From Negaprion brevirostris (Eukaryota), in NCBI GenBank assembly GCA_030324005.1, contig JARDVH010000106.1, positions 50,570,895 through 50,634,894 on the forward strand: a stretch of 64,000 bases of DNA. The letters are read 5' to 3'. Shown here one piece after another: positions 1 through 13,600 of the stretch (its first letter is position 1; each line of letters starts with the position of its first letter). A program made the translations under genes and the position numbers. The notes beneath the pieces were generated by a model. The model made no database searches. It was not told where the DNA came from and was given only the letters and a program-made list of their open reading frames with translations.

Positions 1-359
1 TCTGCTGTGCAGTTACAGGGACCCGGGTCAGATCTCCGGCTTGGATCAATGTCTGTGGGAGTTTGCACATTCTCCCCATGCTTGCGTGGGTTTTCTCCAG
101 GTTCCTCCCACATCCCAAAAACGTGCTTTTTAGGCTGACCGGTGTCAATAAATTGTCCCTGAATTGGATCTCCCTTAATCTGGCTTAATATACTTCTCTA
201 AATTTGCACCCCCTTTATTGTGGAGTCCATTAGAAGTAGACAAAAACGTCAACGATCGACAAAAGACTTGAACAAGGCACTCACTGAGTGTTAAAATGGG
301 CAGCACAGGCTTGTAGGGCCGAAGGGCCTGTTTCCTGTGCTGTACTGTTCTTTGTTCTT
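1..359 (+). mobile_element. HE1-type tRNA-derived V-SINE (5' end cut by window)
   Basis: gggacccgggt..., V-domain gagtttgcacattctccccatgcttgcgtgggtttt, CR1-like tail gggccgaagggcctgtttcctgtgctgtactgttctttgttctt. Confidence 0.8.
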
Positions 360-2428
360 AGTAACCAATACTGCATGATTATCCCAAAAGCTTAACCTCA
401 TTTTCTGCTTTCCCCACAGTAAATTGAACAAAGGAGTATTTGTGAACTTCAATAAAGTTATTATGGCCTGGGAGTAGGAAGGTGGGAAAATTGCAGCAGA
501 AGGAACACAACAGAGCCACCACCGACCCAATGTGGAATTCCTTCAATTGCAAGCAAGAAACATCCTTTTTATGGAACAGTGATTCCGCTCATCTCATTTT
601 ATCATCTTGAAGATAATGCCTAGACTTAGTAAAATCCCACTGTTGAATATAGACTTTATCTTGCAAGAAGACCCAGTGATCAAGTTAATTCAATTTGTCA
701 AAGAATTGGCTTTGATTAGAATTAAACTGAAATGTTTTTATGTGAACTCCATATGTGCCAAACTAAAAGTTTAGCAAAAATTGAACATAGGCACCAAAAA
801 GCTAACAATGAGAATAGCCCTGATTGTAAATCATCATGTGTAAAATTAATTACATGGACTTTGTAATTCAAGCTGCAGTCATATTCAAGTCCTTATTGTA
901 TTCGAGGTGAAAATCCATGAGTACATGAAACCAGAGGGCAGAAAATTGATGGCATACGTCTCAGCGAATCCAGAAGACTTAAGCTTACTGGTTCATTTTA
1001 CACAGTGCTTCAAACAATGCCTCCCACTTTCTCAGAGCCATTCCTTGCATCAAACATGCTTCTACCTCTTGTTATGATCAACATAGAGACTAATAACTGT
1101 CAAAGCAAAATTTGAACTTTCCCAGGTATTCGGTAAAAGATTTCATAATTTAAAACTTTTACTGTGAGAAATGCAAAAAGAACATTAATTGAACACTGCT
1201 TATTTTCATAAGTAGGAGATATTTTAAACTACTGAAATTTGCCCTTTTCAACTTTTAATGACAGCCAAAAACTCAATTTTGTTATGATCCTCAGTCTCTT
1301 TAGTAATTTGCAGCTCCAAATTGTGTTTTATTTCTGTTCTTTTCCTTTCCCAATACTACCTTCCACATTTACAAAACAAAAGCAACATGTCCCAAAGGTG
1401 GTTTCTGCTATTACGATTTTGTGCGAGGAATGCAATGTTGCTCATTATTCAGTTTAACAGCCAATTAATCATTTTGCCAGGATTTTATTATTGAAATAAC
1501 ATAGGCACTTTGTATGCAAACCATTATCATTTGGGTGATCCTTTCCATTATTGTTATATATGTTGCTGTGTCTATCACAATCTGTTTTTATTTAATTTAC
1601 TCCGTTAAAATGAACCACATGTAAATGATTTACTATTAGATAATTGTGATGCAGTGTTTTTTCTAAGTCAATAAAGGAAGAGTATTCAATGCCATTTCAA
1701 ATTTGTTTTCTCAAAATGCTTGCCTCATTCCATACTTGTTCAATATGTGACCTGCTGTTAAGAACATTAGTCCCAATTTTAAATTGGAGCAGCGGTATTA
1801 TAGATGGAAAACAGTGCAGAGCCTCACAGCCTGAAAAATCTCATCTCCTGGCTCTGATCTGCTCTATCAGATTCCAGCTTGAACATAGTGGACCATCAGA
1901 CAACAGGACCGATCATATATACACAGTTAAATTGTTCAGAAGTCAGGTCATCTCTGTTCCTCCCAGCCCTAAGTCCAATACAGTAAAATCACTTACTTGC
2001 CTTTTTTTCATTACTCATCTGACTGGCCCTGACTCACCTTCCCAACTGATTGTCTTTCTAATCATAACTTTCCAACTAAAGTGGCTCAGGAAAATCATTT
2101 GGTGTTATTCTTGCCTGCTTTGAGAAAAGGTTAAAATTTGGATGTTTTGGGGAGAGAGCAGGGCCTCAGCAGTCTGATGGATGATTTTAACTTCCCATCA
2201 GGTTTCTGTTAGGTTGGTAGAGTTAAAAAGCCCAAATTACACCAATAATAGGCTCAGTTCCATCATGGTGGAAAATCAACCAGTTTCCTACTCTTGTTTC
2301 ACCCGTACAGCTAAAATACAAATTCTTACGCAGAGCAGTGAGATAGTCAAGACATTGAAGGACCGGCAGACTGAAACAACGGCATTTGTTCCTGCCTCAA
2401 AAGAAGAGATTTACAATAATAATGCACC

Positions 2429-3039
2429 NNNNNNNNNNNNNNNNNNNNNNNNNNNNNNNNNNNNNNNNNNNNNNNNNNNNNNNNNNNNNNNNNNNNNNNN
2501 NNNNNNNNNNNNNNNNNNNNNNNNNNNNNNNNNNNNNNNNNNNNNNNNNNNNNNNNNNNNNNNNNNNNNNNNNNNNNNNNNNNNNNNNNNNNNNNNNNNN
2601 NNNNNNNNNNNNNNNNNNNNNNNNNNNNNNNNNNNNNNNNNNNNNNNNNNNNNNNNNNNNNNNNNNNNNNNNNNNNNNNNNNNNNNNNNNNNNNNNNNNN
2701 NNNNNNNNNNNNNNNNNNNNNNNNNNNNNNNNNNNNNNNNNNNNNNNNNNNNNNNNNNNNNNNNNNNNNNNNNNNNNNNNNNNNNNNNNNNNNNNNNNNN
2801 NNNNNNNNNNNNNNNNNNNNNNNNNNNNNNNNNNNNNNNNNNNNNNNNNNNNNNNNNNNNNNNNNNNNNNNNNNNNNNNNNNNNNNNNNNNNNNNNNNNN
2901 NNNNNNNNNNNNNNNNNNNNNNNNNNNNNNNNNNNNNNNNNNNNNNNNNNNNNNNNNNNNNNNNNNNNNNNNNNNNNNNNNNNNNNNNNNNNNNNNNNNN
3001 NNNNNNNNNNNNNNNNNNNNNNNNNNNNNNNNNNNNNNN
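2429..3039. other. Assembly gap (largest); many further ~100-N gaps
   Basis: Run of N. Other gaps start at ~4939, 7435, 18401, 20013, 24677, 30830, 31906, 40811, 43977, 47455, 51982, 60721 and 61446, mostly flanked by repeat ends. Confidence 0.99.
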
Positions 3040-3967
3040 CAATTCACACTGAGCAACCAAAGATATTCCCATTCTACCAGGGAGAATAAAACAAAAATCA
3101 TCAAATGCTTGAACAGATTTCATATATCAGTTCTACATTAACAACTGCAGACTGAATTACCACAAATCTTCTATGCTAAACCCTAGTACGGAAATTTAGC
3201 AGAACAGAAAACCTTTTGTTTGTAGCTACTGTAACAAAAACAGGAAAAGCAGGAAGTCCTCACTTCCTGGGCAGGTGGTGAAGGGGTGATTAGCCTCATC
3301 ACCATGTTTGCTCAAGCTCTTGCCTGAAAAATTCCCCATTTCAGAGCAAAGCATTAAGGACTTCTCTGACTGTCAAGTTAATGAGGAACATAGTTGAGTA
3401 TGATGCTTTCATTAATTTTTTTAAAAAGTACAAGTGCAAAATGTGAAATGATTCTATTTTTAAAATCCCTGGCTATAAAACATTACTCAGTTTTGATCAG
3501 TTATATTGATCTGCTGAAAAACATCTCTCTCAAAGCAATCATGGCTTTCCTAAGGGAATTGAAAATTCCCTGCAGAGGAAAGACTTGCAGGGCTACAGGG
3601 CAGGAGACTCAGGCAGGACATGATGGCCTCCCTCCTCTGATTCCACTAAACTGTTGGTTACAGTCAAGTTCAATGGTTGGATAATAGAAAAATATGGCAT
3701 AAAAATAGGTCATTCAGCCCATCACACCTGTGTTGGCTCAATAGATCTTTTTAATTCTTCCTTTTTCCCCCCCAGTAGCCTTACAAATACTTTGCACTCA
3801 AAATTGGGTGCATTTGCAGAGAAGTTATTGGATATCCTTGTCCCACTCTTTTAGGCAGTACACAATGGCCATAACTTATTGGGTAAAAAAAGATGCTTCC
3901 ACATGTCAGCTCCACAACATAATAGAAAGTTACCACGTCCCAAAATGCAATGATGATGATGATGAGG

Positions 3968-4340
3968 TTTTAATCCACAGGGTTTATTTTTCCTTTGTTT
4001 TCAGTGCAACTTTTTTTCATTAACCAAACAACAAATTCAGGACTCTCAACTTACAGAAATCAAAGATGACATTCTCCCAAGCAAAAAGCTGTACAAGTAA
4101 ATGCAATTTTCTAAAGGAGCTGTATGCTTCAACTTTGGTTAAACTAAAAAAGAGATTTGATGCACTAAAACATAATCATGGGTTGCTATGGAATCCAGGA
4201 ATATTTTCAGCTGAATCCTTATTCAAAATCTTCAATACTGGCAGCAATCTAAAAACAAAAGTGCTATAATTATACAAGCAATATCTGGGTTAATAGATGC
4301 AGGTTCAATGATTTTAACTGGCATACAGTTGCTTCTTTTT
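3968..4340 (+). repeat. Unclassified old interspersed repeat, copy A
   Basis: Colinear with 53330-53670; see findings. Confidence 0.8.
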
Positions 4341-4744
4341 GTTGATTTATGATATGGAAAACAAAAAATAAAACTGGCTTCAACAAAAGTAGCAAAAATT
4401 TAAATGCACTTACATATTACGGTACAGATTTCAAACTCAAATTTCTGACAGACTGCGACTAACCTGTGTTATTCAAAACAATACAAAGTTGACATAAACA
4501 CAATTCCATGATGTTCATAACCAGCCTTGATTTACAAAACAGTTTTAAACTGGGAAGGGGGAAATGTAGAGTATATAGTGTTGCTTATAAATTACTTAAA
4601 TTGAATCAGGCCAGATTGAAGTTCTTGGGAATAAGATTAGTATTTATGGTACTGATTTGGGTTCAAAAGGCTGTATAAAATGTACACCATATTGTTGGGA
4701 GAATTCTACAGTGCCACTCAGTGGAAGTCAGAGGAATGAACATT

Positions 4745-4938
4745 TTTGAACAAAAGAACAAAGAACAAAGAACAAAAACAGCCTGGGAAACAGGCCCTTC
4801 GGCCCAACGAGCCCACGCCGCCATCCCAACACCACCAGTCCCCCTCTGCACCTGTGACCCTTGTCTAATGTTTTATGGCCATCCAGATTGAGGGAATCTG
4901 ATTTAGGGACAATTTATTCCTGCCAATCAGCCTAACAG
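4745..4938 (-). mobile_element. V-SINE 3' part running into gap
   Basis: (aagaacaa)n tail, ggaaacaggcccttcggccc and agggacaattta shared with the copy at 1-359. Confidence 0.65.
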
Positions 4939-6049
4939 NNNNNNNNNNNNNNNNNNNNNNNNNNNNNNNNNNNNNNNNNNNNNNNNNNNNNNNNNNNNNN
5001 NNNNNNNNNNNNNNNNNNNNNNNNNNNNNNNNNNNNNNTGAGTGAAGAAGTTCCTCCTCAACTCTGTTCTAAACTGCTCCCCCCTTTATCTTGAGGCTGT
5101 GCCCCCTAGTCCTACTGTCCTTTCTGAGCAGGAAGAGTCTCTTTTCACATGGTGTCCTGCCAGTTCAATATAGTCTCCTGCGCATTTGCACTGCTCCATG
5201 CAAATATCACTGCTGCACCCAAAACATGGGTTTTGTAGGCAGGAAATGTATGCAGGTCTTATTTTAGAACTATAGACGAAGGGCAGAAGAACGATAATAA
5301 ATAATTAAGTTTCCACTAAATGTTCAAACAGCACAGGCACCAAACAAATAGCTGCTCTCACCATAACTGGACCATCTCCCCCTCCTAATATTTTAATTAT
5401 AATCAAATGATCAATTAACCGTCATTCACAATTTACAAAAGGGACAAGAAAAACTTTGCTGATGCAAAAGCAGAAAACTCTGGAGGCATTCAACACAAGA
5501 TGCTGCTCCAGTGTTTCTTATTCATCAGTTTGCTGCTTTAAGTTACCCACATCATTTCTTAAAATAGTTCAAAAGGTTTTGTTGATTGACACTGAATGAA
5601 TTTCAATATAGCAGTGTGAGGTCAATAAAATCCTGTTCTGCTGCCACATGATACAAGGTCTCAGCCGGGAGCACATTGTAAGGCAGTAAATTTGGCGGGG
5701 AAACCAGTAGAATGTGGATGTGCAGCATTGGCAGCAAACACAGCCTTGTTCTTTAGCCTTGGTGTGGTTGTTAGCCATGTCAGGAGGCTATGCAAAAAGA
5801 GTGATGAATGGCTCTGGTTTGCACTGGGTTCACAATTTTTTCCTCAAAAATTAAACAATTTTCTAATGTAATAATTGAGAAGTGACATTGCAATGTTTGA
5901 TCTAAAGGATGACTTCACCAGAGTCCCATCCCCGAAACAATTGGAACTGGACATGTTGAGAACCCTGTCAATTATGGTGAGAGATTGAAGAAAAGGAAGG
6001 GCATATCAAAAGGTTAGTCTGGAACATGGGAATCATTAGAACAGATGTG

Positions 6050-6990
6050 ATGGGGGTGGAGAAATTGGGAGAGGTGGAATCGAGTCCTCAGAGGAAGCAG
6101 GATGTGAGAAAATGTATGAAAAATAGCTGTGCAAGTCTGTAGGTTTGTTGTGGATATTGGCAAATAACCTTTCTACAGAAATGGGAAAAAAAAGAAGGGG
6201 AAGGGAAGAGACTGTAAAGCCAGCTTCATCCTCCATACTTTGCTTTTGAAAGACCATTTTCAAGGTGGGTATATTGCTTTTAAATCTTCAATTGAAGCTG
6301 GCTTTACAATCTCTTCCCTTCCCCTTCTTACCTTCTCTATTTCCATTTCTGCAGATGGGTTATTCACCAANNNNNNNNNNATAATAAACCTAGACTTGCA
6401 CAGCTACCTTTCCTATATTTTCTCACATTCTGCTTCCTCAAAGGACTCAATTCCATTCTCCCAATTTTTCCATTCCTGTTCTAATGACTCCCATCTACCA
6501 GACTAACTTTTGATATGCCCTCCCTTTTCTTCAACCTAGAACTTCTCACTATGTCCAGTTCCAATTGTTTGTGAAGTTCACAATGAGGTCTCCTCTAAAC
6601 TGGAAAGGCTAAATGCAGATTGGGAACATCTTTCTGGAACACCTCCATTAGTTAACAATTATGACTCTGAACTTTCAGATACTTATGATTTTATTCTTCA
6701 CTCTCATTTTGACCTGTTTGCTCTCAGCATCCTGCACTTCCAATGAAGATCAACATAAACTGAAGGAACAGCATCTCATCCTTTAAGTACCTCCTAGACT
6801 GAACATTGAATTCAATAGTTTCAGACCATAATCATTGCTGCCTCTGTTTTTGGATGACAATTGCTGATAATTCTTCTGCATTTTCCCATTGACACTTCAA
6901 GGCACATCTTTTACCCTTTTCCTCTGTATCATCATATCTTTGGTCATTTAAAGTCTCCTATCTTCCACTCGATCACAGACCCTTTTATAT
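6050..6990 (+). mobile_element. Penelope-like element relic with inverted 5' segment
   Basis: ORF 6240 DLHSYLSYIFSHSASSKDSIPFSQF resembles the PLE post-RT motif; decayed GIY-YIG-like sequence at 6585-6830 (…KLKEQHLI…); 6061-6228 is an inverted copy of 6295-6470. Confidence 0.75.
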
Positions 6991-7734
6991 CACAGGAGTA
7001 CTACATTCAGGTGGTAGCCATTTAGTCCCTTGTGTCTCTACCGGGTTGTCAAATGTGCATTATGACTTGTCATTCACCTGCTTCCACCCATAATCTTGCA
7101 CATTATTGATGGTTATTTGAATAGAAATAACTGCATCAAATGAACCTGCCTCCATCACACAGGCACTGCATTCCAAACCTGGACCACTTAGTTTTTTTTA
7201 TATAAATACCACATTCACTTTAAATGTGTCCTCTCATTCTTGATCCTTTTGTGAGCGGGAACAGTGTCTCACTGTCTACTCTGTCCAGCCCTCTCATTAT
7301 TTTGAATAACTCCATCAAATCTCTTTGTCTTCTCTCAAAGAAGAACAGACCAACCTCTCCAAGCTGAACACTCTCATCACTGGAACCAATCTTGTAAATC
7401 TTTTCTGCACTCTCTCCAATGCATTAACATCAATNNNNNNNNNNNNNNNNNNNNNNNNNNNNNNNNNNNNNNNNNNNNNNNNNNNNNNNNNNNNNNNNNN
7501 NNNNNNNNNNNNNNNNNNNNNNNNNNNNNNNNNNAAACTCCCACAGACACTGGCCCAAATCCATGTGTCTGCAAAGTTTCTACAAATATATAAAATGAAA
7601 AAAAGAGTGGCTAAAGTAAACATTGGATGAAGGGGCAATGCTCTGAAAACTCATGCTATCAAATAAACCTGTTGGACATTAACATGGTGTTAAGAGACTA
7701 CTTACTGACCCTACCTCAGTCCAACGCTAGCAAT

Positions 7735-9225
7735 TCCACACCTGATGGAATGCATTCCACAGTACTAAAAGAGATGGCAGGGGAAACAGCAAGTGCACTA
7801 GTGGTAATTTACCAAAATTCACTGAACTCTGGGGTGGTTCCCACAGATTCTCTGTTTTCCAATGTGACGCCACTGTTTAAAAAGGGAAGTAGACAAAAGG
7901 CAGGTAACTGTAGGCTGGTAAATTTAACTTCTGTAGGAAGGAAAATGCTTGAATCTATCAAGGAAGAAATAGTGAAATATCTGGATATAAATTATCCCAT
8001 TGGAAAGATGCAGCATGGGTTCATGAAGGGCAGGTCATGTTTGATGAATTTGGTGAAATTCTTTGAGAACATTACATGCGCAGTAGACAATGGGGAACCT
8101 GTGGATGTGGTGTATCTGGATTTCCAATAGGCATTTGATAAGGTGCCACACCAAAGGCTGTTGCATAAGATAAAGGTACATGGTGTTATGGGTAATGTAT
8201 TAGCACGGATAGAGGATTGGTTAACTAACAAAGCAAAGAGTGGGGATAAATGAGTGTTTTTCTGGTTGGTAATCAATGACTAGTCGTCTGCCTCAGGGAA
8301 TCAGTGTTGGGATTGCAATTGTTTACGATTTACATAGATGATTCAGAATTGGGGATCAAGCGTAGTGTGTCAAAATTCGCAGATGACACTAAGATGAGTG
8401 GCATAGCAAAGTGTCAGAGGATGCTGAAAGTCTGCAAAGGGATATAGTTTAAGTGAGCAGGCAAGGGTCTGGCAGATGGACTACAATGTTGGGAAATATG
8501 AAGTCATCCATTTGGTAGGTGTAACAGCAAAATGGACTATTATTTAAATGGCACAAAATTGCTGTTGTATAGAGGGATCCAAGTGTCCTTGTGCAGGAAT
8601 CTCAAGGAGCTGGTTTGCAGGTGCAGCACCTAATTAAGGCAAATGGAATTTTGTCCTTCATTGCTAGAAAGATAGAGTTTAAAAACAATGAGATTATGTT
8701 GCAGCTATATAAGATGCTGGTGAGGCCACACCTGGAGTTCCGTGTACAGTTTTGGTCTCCTTACTTGAGAAGGGATATACTGGCATTGGAGGGGATGCAG
8801 AGGAGATTCACTAAACTGATTCCGAAGTTGAGTGTTGACTTATGAGGAGAGACTGGAATTCAGAAGAATGACGGGAAATCTTATAGAAACGTACAAGACT
8901 ATGAAGGGAATAGATAAGACAGAAGCAAGGAAGTTGTTTCCATACTCACATGAAACTAGAACTAGGAGGCATGGCCACAAAATAAGGGGGAGCAGATTTA
9001 GGACTGAGTTGAGGAGGGTTGTGAATTGTGGAATTCCCAGTGAAGCAGTTGAGGCTACCTCATTGAATGTTAAGACAACGAAAAATTTTTTGAACAGTAA
9101 AGGAGTGAGCGGGCAGGCAAGTGGAGCTGAGTCCATTAAAAAAAAAATCAACCATGATCTTATTGAATGGAGGAGCAGGCTCAAGGGGTCACTTGACCTT
9201 CTCCTACTCTTAGTTCTTACATTCT
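7735..9225 (+). mobile_element. CR1 LINE, 5'-truncated, decayed RT
   Basis: ORF fragments NVTPLFKKGSRQKAGN, QHGFMKGRSCLMNL, VDVVYLDFQ, aaattcgcagatgacactaag (KFADDTK), LVRPHLEFRVQFWSPY; stops and frameshifts; CR1 3' tail. Confidence 0.92.
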
Positions 9226-9229
9226 TAAT

Positions 9230-10700
9230 CAGCATCTTGTATTCTTGCTCTTGTATTCTATGCCCTGATTAATAAAGCCCAGGATACTATATGCTTTATT
9301 AACGGCTATCTTCAATTGTCTTGTTGCCTTTCAATGATTTATGCACTTATACATCCAGGTCCCTCTGCTCCTGCACCCCATTAAGAATTCTACCCCTTAT
9401 GTTGTATTGTCCATCCATGTCTTTCCAACCCAAATGCATTATCTCACACTTGTTCTCATTGAGCTTTATCTTCTACTTATCTGCCCACTCCACCAATTTC
9501 ACTTTGTCCCTTAGAAGTTCTCCTCAGTTTAAATTACTTGAGTTTTGTATCACCTGCAAACTTTGAAATAGTCCCCTGCACACCAAGATCTAAATCATTA
9601 ATCCAAATCAAGAAAAGCAAGGAACCGAATACTGACCCCTCGAAACTCCACAACAAACCTTCCTCCAGCCTGAAAAACATCCACTAACCTCCGTTGTGTC
9701 CTGTCACTCAGCCAATTTTGCATCAATGTTGTTGCTGTTCCTTTTATTTCATGAGCTTTAACTGCTCAAGTCTGTTGACACTTTATCAAATGCCTTGTCA
9801 AAGTCTGCATATACCATTTCAACAGCTTTACCCTTATAATCAAACTGCTGTTACCTGACAAAACTCAGGACAGTTAAACACAATTAATTCTTTATAAATC
9901 TATGATGCCTTTCCTTAATTCATCACATCTGTCCAAATGAATTAATTTTGTCCCAAATGATCATTTCTGGAAGTTTCCCCATCTCAAAAACTTTAAACTG
10001 ACTGACCTGCAGTTGCTGGACTCATCTCTTCGTGCTTCTTTGAACAAAGGTGCAGCATTTGTAATTCTCATAATACCTGACACCACCCCAAACTCTAAGG
10101 GAAACAGGAAAATCACAGCTAGTCCTACGCATTTTCCACTTCAACTTTCTTCCGTATTCTAAGATGCATTTCATGTGATCCTGGTGTCTTATTAACTTTT
10201 TAAATACAGACAACCTATCCAATTCAACCACCTTATCAATTTTAAATGTTGCAAGTGTCTGGACTATTTCATCTTTCAACCATGCTTTGCAACGGCATGT
10301 TCTTCCCAGGTACAGACAGATGCAAAGTATTCATTTAATTGCTCAGCTATGCCCTCCACCCCCACGTGTAAATTTCTTGTCTCTGATCAACCCCACTCCT
10401 TTTACCACCATTTTACTACTTATATGCCTACAGAAGACTTTAGGATCCCCTTTATTATTGGATCCAGTCTTTCTGCATGCTCCCTCTTTGCTTATCTTTC
10501 TTGCTTTTTCATTGATCCTGGTTGTATTACCCACATGACATTTGTCATAAGCACACTTTTTCTTTACCAGAATCTCATCTGTTTCATCATCCCGGATTTG
10601 TTTTGTCATATTTCTGGAAGCTGCCCAAACACAATTTCTTTAAAAAGTGGCCCATTGTTCAGTTATCATTTTGCTTACCAACCTTCTTTGTTAATAAGTT
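9230..10700 (-). mobile_element. Older CR1 LINE fragment
   Basis: Minus-strand ORF with KGDPKVFCRHISSKMVVKGVGLIRD (CR1 pre-RT) plus decayed RT motifs. May be continuous with the minus-strand CR1 piece at ~7240-7434 (ALERVQKRFTRLVP). Confidence 0.75.
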
Positions 10701-11869
10701 CAATAGTTAAAAGTCAATTATGCTGAAATAAAACTCAACGTTGCCATTAGTTTTAGTGGAAAGTATCAGTAAATCATGACTTAAGACATCCTAAACTAAT
10801 GTTTATTCATCTCAGGCATTTTTGCATTAAAAAATTCAAATTTGCCTCTGAAATTTGTGCGAGATTCCAAAATGTAAACTCTCAAAATACAATATACAAT
10901 GAATTTACTCAATCTTGAATGCTTGCAAATGTCAGCTTGAGTATGATTTAAGAGATTCTCTCAATTGGAGGATTTGGAAGTTTTAAAACAAACCTGCATC
11001 AAATAGACATTTTATATCTGTTCCAGTGATAATTGTACCCTTCCCCATTTCTAAAATTGCTTCAACTAGCTCACTGGGGTCATGGGTAGAGAGGTGGACT
11101 GGTAGTGTTGAGATGGCAGCGCAGACTCGTTGGGCCGAAGGGCCTGTTTCCTGGGCTGATTTTGTTCTTTGAATAAACTAAAGCAAACTCTGAGCTGCAT
11201 CTGCAAATCAGAAACAGAAACTCAATTTCCTAATCAAGTACCAGTGAAGAACAGGATGCACAGTGATAATTCTAAGACCTGCATCCACAGCACTTAGGCA
11301 GATCACTGCAGTAACTCTGTCACCTGGCCAATGCTAAACCACATTAGGCCACATACGTGATGCCTAACTGCCTGCGCAGCAACTTCAAAATGTGGTTAAC
11401 ATGAGACCAAACTGAATTTAGAGCATTTCCTGAAACTAGCATTTCAATTCTAAATGTCTAATTTTTAAGAATTAAAGAACATTGTTGCTTTCACTCAGAA
11501 CTAACTAGAATTTCTCCAATGTAAAGGTCAGCAAGGTCCAGGTCTTCAACTTATTTCTCCTATTTCTAGGCAGTAATAGAGAAAGCTCTCTCAAAGTGAA
11601 TTTATCTTGAAGCAAGTTTACTTGCCATTCAGTTAGCATCAAAAGCTACAACCAACCCATTCACTGCCAAACTCTATTCTACCTTGTGAATGGACAGATT
11701 TGACTTCAAAATCAGAATCCAATGGTATGGATAATACAACACCACCAGTTCTGAGGTACGTCAGGGGAATTTTGCCCTAAAGAATGCTTACTGTTATGAC
11801 CTGGATGGGAGCAATCTACACAGATTACCCAGCCCCAGGACTCCACAGGTCACATTGGCTTCCTTTTGC

Positions 11870-12161
11870 ACTGAAAGGATTCTTTCAGCTCATCAAGCTT
11901 GTACCGACAACAATCCCATCCAGGGCCTATCCGTGTAACCCCACATACTAATTCTGCTAATCCTCCTGATACCAAGGGACAATTTAGCGTGGCCAATCCA
12001 CCTAATCTGTGCACCTTTGGATTGTAGGAGGAAACCAGGGATCTCAAAGTAAACTACAGATACGGGACAAATGTGCAAACTCCACAGAGTCACAGTCAAC
12101 TGAACCCGGGTCCCTGGCATTGAGAGGCAGCAGTGCTAACTACTGTGTCACGATGCCACCC
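11870..12161 (-). mobile_element. HE1-type V-SINE
   Basis: Minus strand head gtagttagcactgctgcctctcaatgccagggacccgggttc, V-domain, ggattggccacgctaaattgtccctt. Confidence 0.85.
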
Positions 12162-12829
12162 AAAAAGATCTTCAACTACTTGCTGGTCATCGAATCAAAC
12201 ATTTACAGTCGTACCGACCCTTCTCACAAATGCATTTGTCATAAAGTGTCTTAAAACATGATTCCAAGTTTGGGTTATATCACTCCAATACAATCCCTGC
12301 AATTAATCACAAATCAGGTTCCCAAATTGTGGCTATGACACAGATGGGGAAGGATTACCTAACCCTGAGTGCATTTTATTTTGAAAGGAAAATGCCCTTG
12401 GTGACATTCTCCCGTGGAAAAGAAAGTAATTCCAAATTTCTTTTGGGATCAGCAAATCACTCAATGTACATGGTTAACATTTTATTTTGTTAATACTTCT
12501 GTCTTAAAGCTAAAAGTAGGGGACAATCTTCAGAGCACCTGAATGGAAAGAGGTCAAATATTTGCTCAAAAGGAAACAAGTGGTAAGAGAAAGGGAAATC
12601 CATTTTTCTAGGGGACATCAACTAAATAACATGGGAAGCCCCAAAACTGATTAGGTCAGAATGGTAAAGGTCATGCTTCAGAACTATGCACTAGGGAACA
12701 GAGATCTGATCTTGAACTGATACTAATTAATGGCCCAGACATAGTTTGGAAAATAGAAGTCATGGTCAGCTAGACAAGAACAACCACAGCGACATTACAT
12801 TTTAGAATCCAGAAATTTCAAACAAAATT

Positions 12830-13600
12830 AGAGCAAGTTTCAGGAGTAAATCAATGGCCACTTGAGCCTGCTCTGGTATCAATGATGTAGATCTTCTGCC
12901 TCAGCTACACTTACCTACCTGTTCTCTATATGCCTCAATTCCCACATACACCAAAGATCTATTTCCTAACCTTGAATTTATTCCGCGACAAATCTTCCAC
13001 AACCATGACTGAAAACAAATTCTCACCTCAGTTGTAAATGATTGAGTCCCTACCCTCAGACTGTTCCCCTGTATTTTAGATTCCTCATCCATGGGAACAA
13101 TGTCTAGTGGCTACCCTGTCAAGCCCTTTCAGAACTTTTTGATTCAATAAGATCACCTCAGTCTTCTAAATTCCAGAGTGTAAGGCCCATTTATTCATAA
13201 TTGGGCAGCCCTTTCAGCCCAGGAACCAACTTTGTCTATCTTTATTCCATGTCCCTACAACAGGCATCCTTCCTAGATTGTGGCCGAAGTGCATACAAGT
13301 ACTCTAGGTGGGCTCTCACCTAAACCCTATACAAACATAGCAAGATTTGCTCATTATATTCCAGTCCTCTTGTAATAAATTATTTGCCTAATTCCTTATG
13401 TCACTGCATGTTAACTTGGTGTTCCTTGTATAGATACATCCAAGTTACACTCAGCATCAACATTTAGAAGTTTCACATCTTTTAAAAATATTCTGCTTTT
13501 GTATTCTTCCACTTATTTGAGTAATCTCACACACCAGACACTATACTCTATCTGCCACCTTGTTGCATTGTCAGTTACCCCATCTACATCACTTTGCAGA
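12830..13600 (-). mobile_element. Decayed CR1 3' region
   Basis: taccctgtcaagccctttcagaac, caataagatcacctcagtcttctaaattccagag, typical reverse-strand CR1 3' motifs. Confidence 0.7.

Noticed and set aside
2181-3141. Long ORFs of 235-302 aa, and other X-containing ORFs
   Set aside because: They are open only because they run through N gaps.
4748-4780. (aagaacaa)n array as a CRISPR or satellite
   Set aside because: It is the microsatellite-like 3' tail of a SINE/CR1; there are no spacers and the context is eukaryotic.
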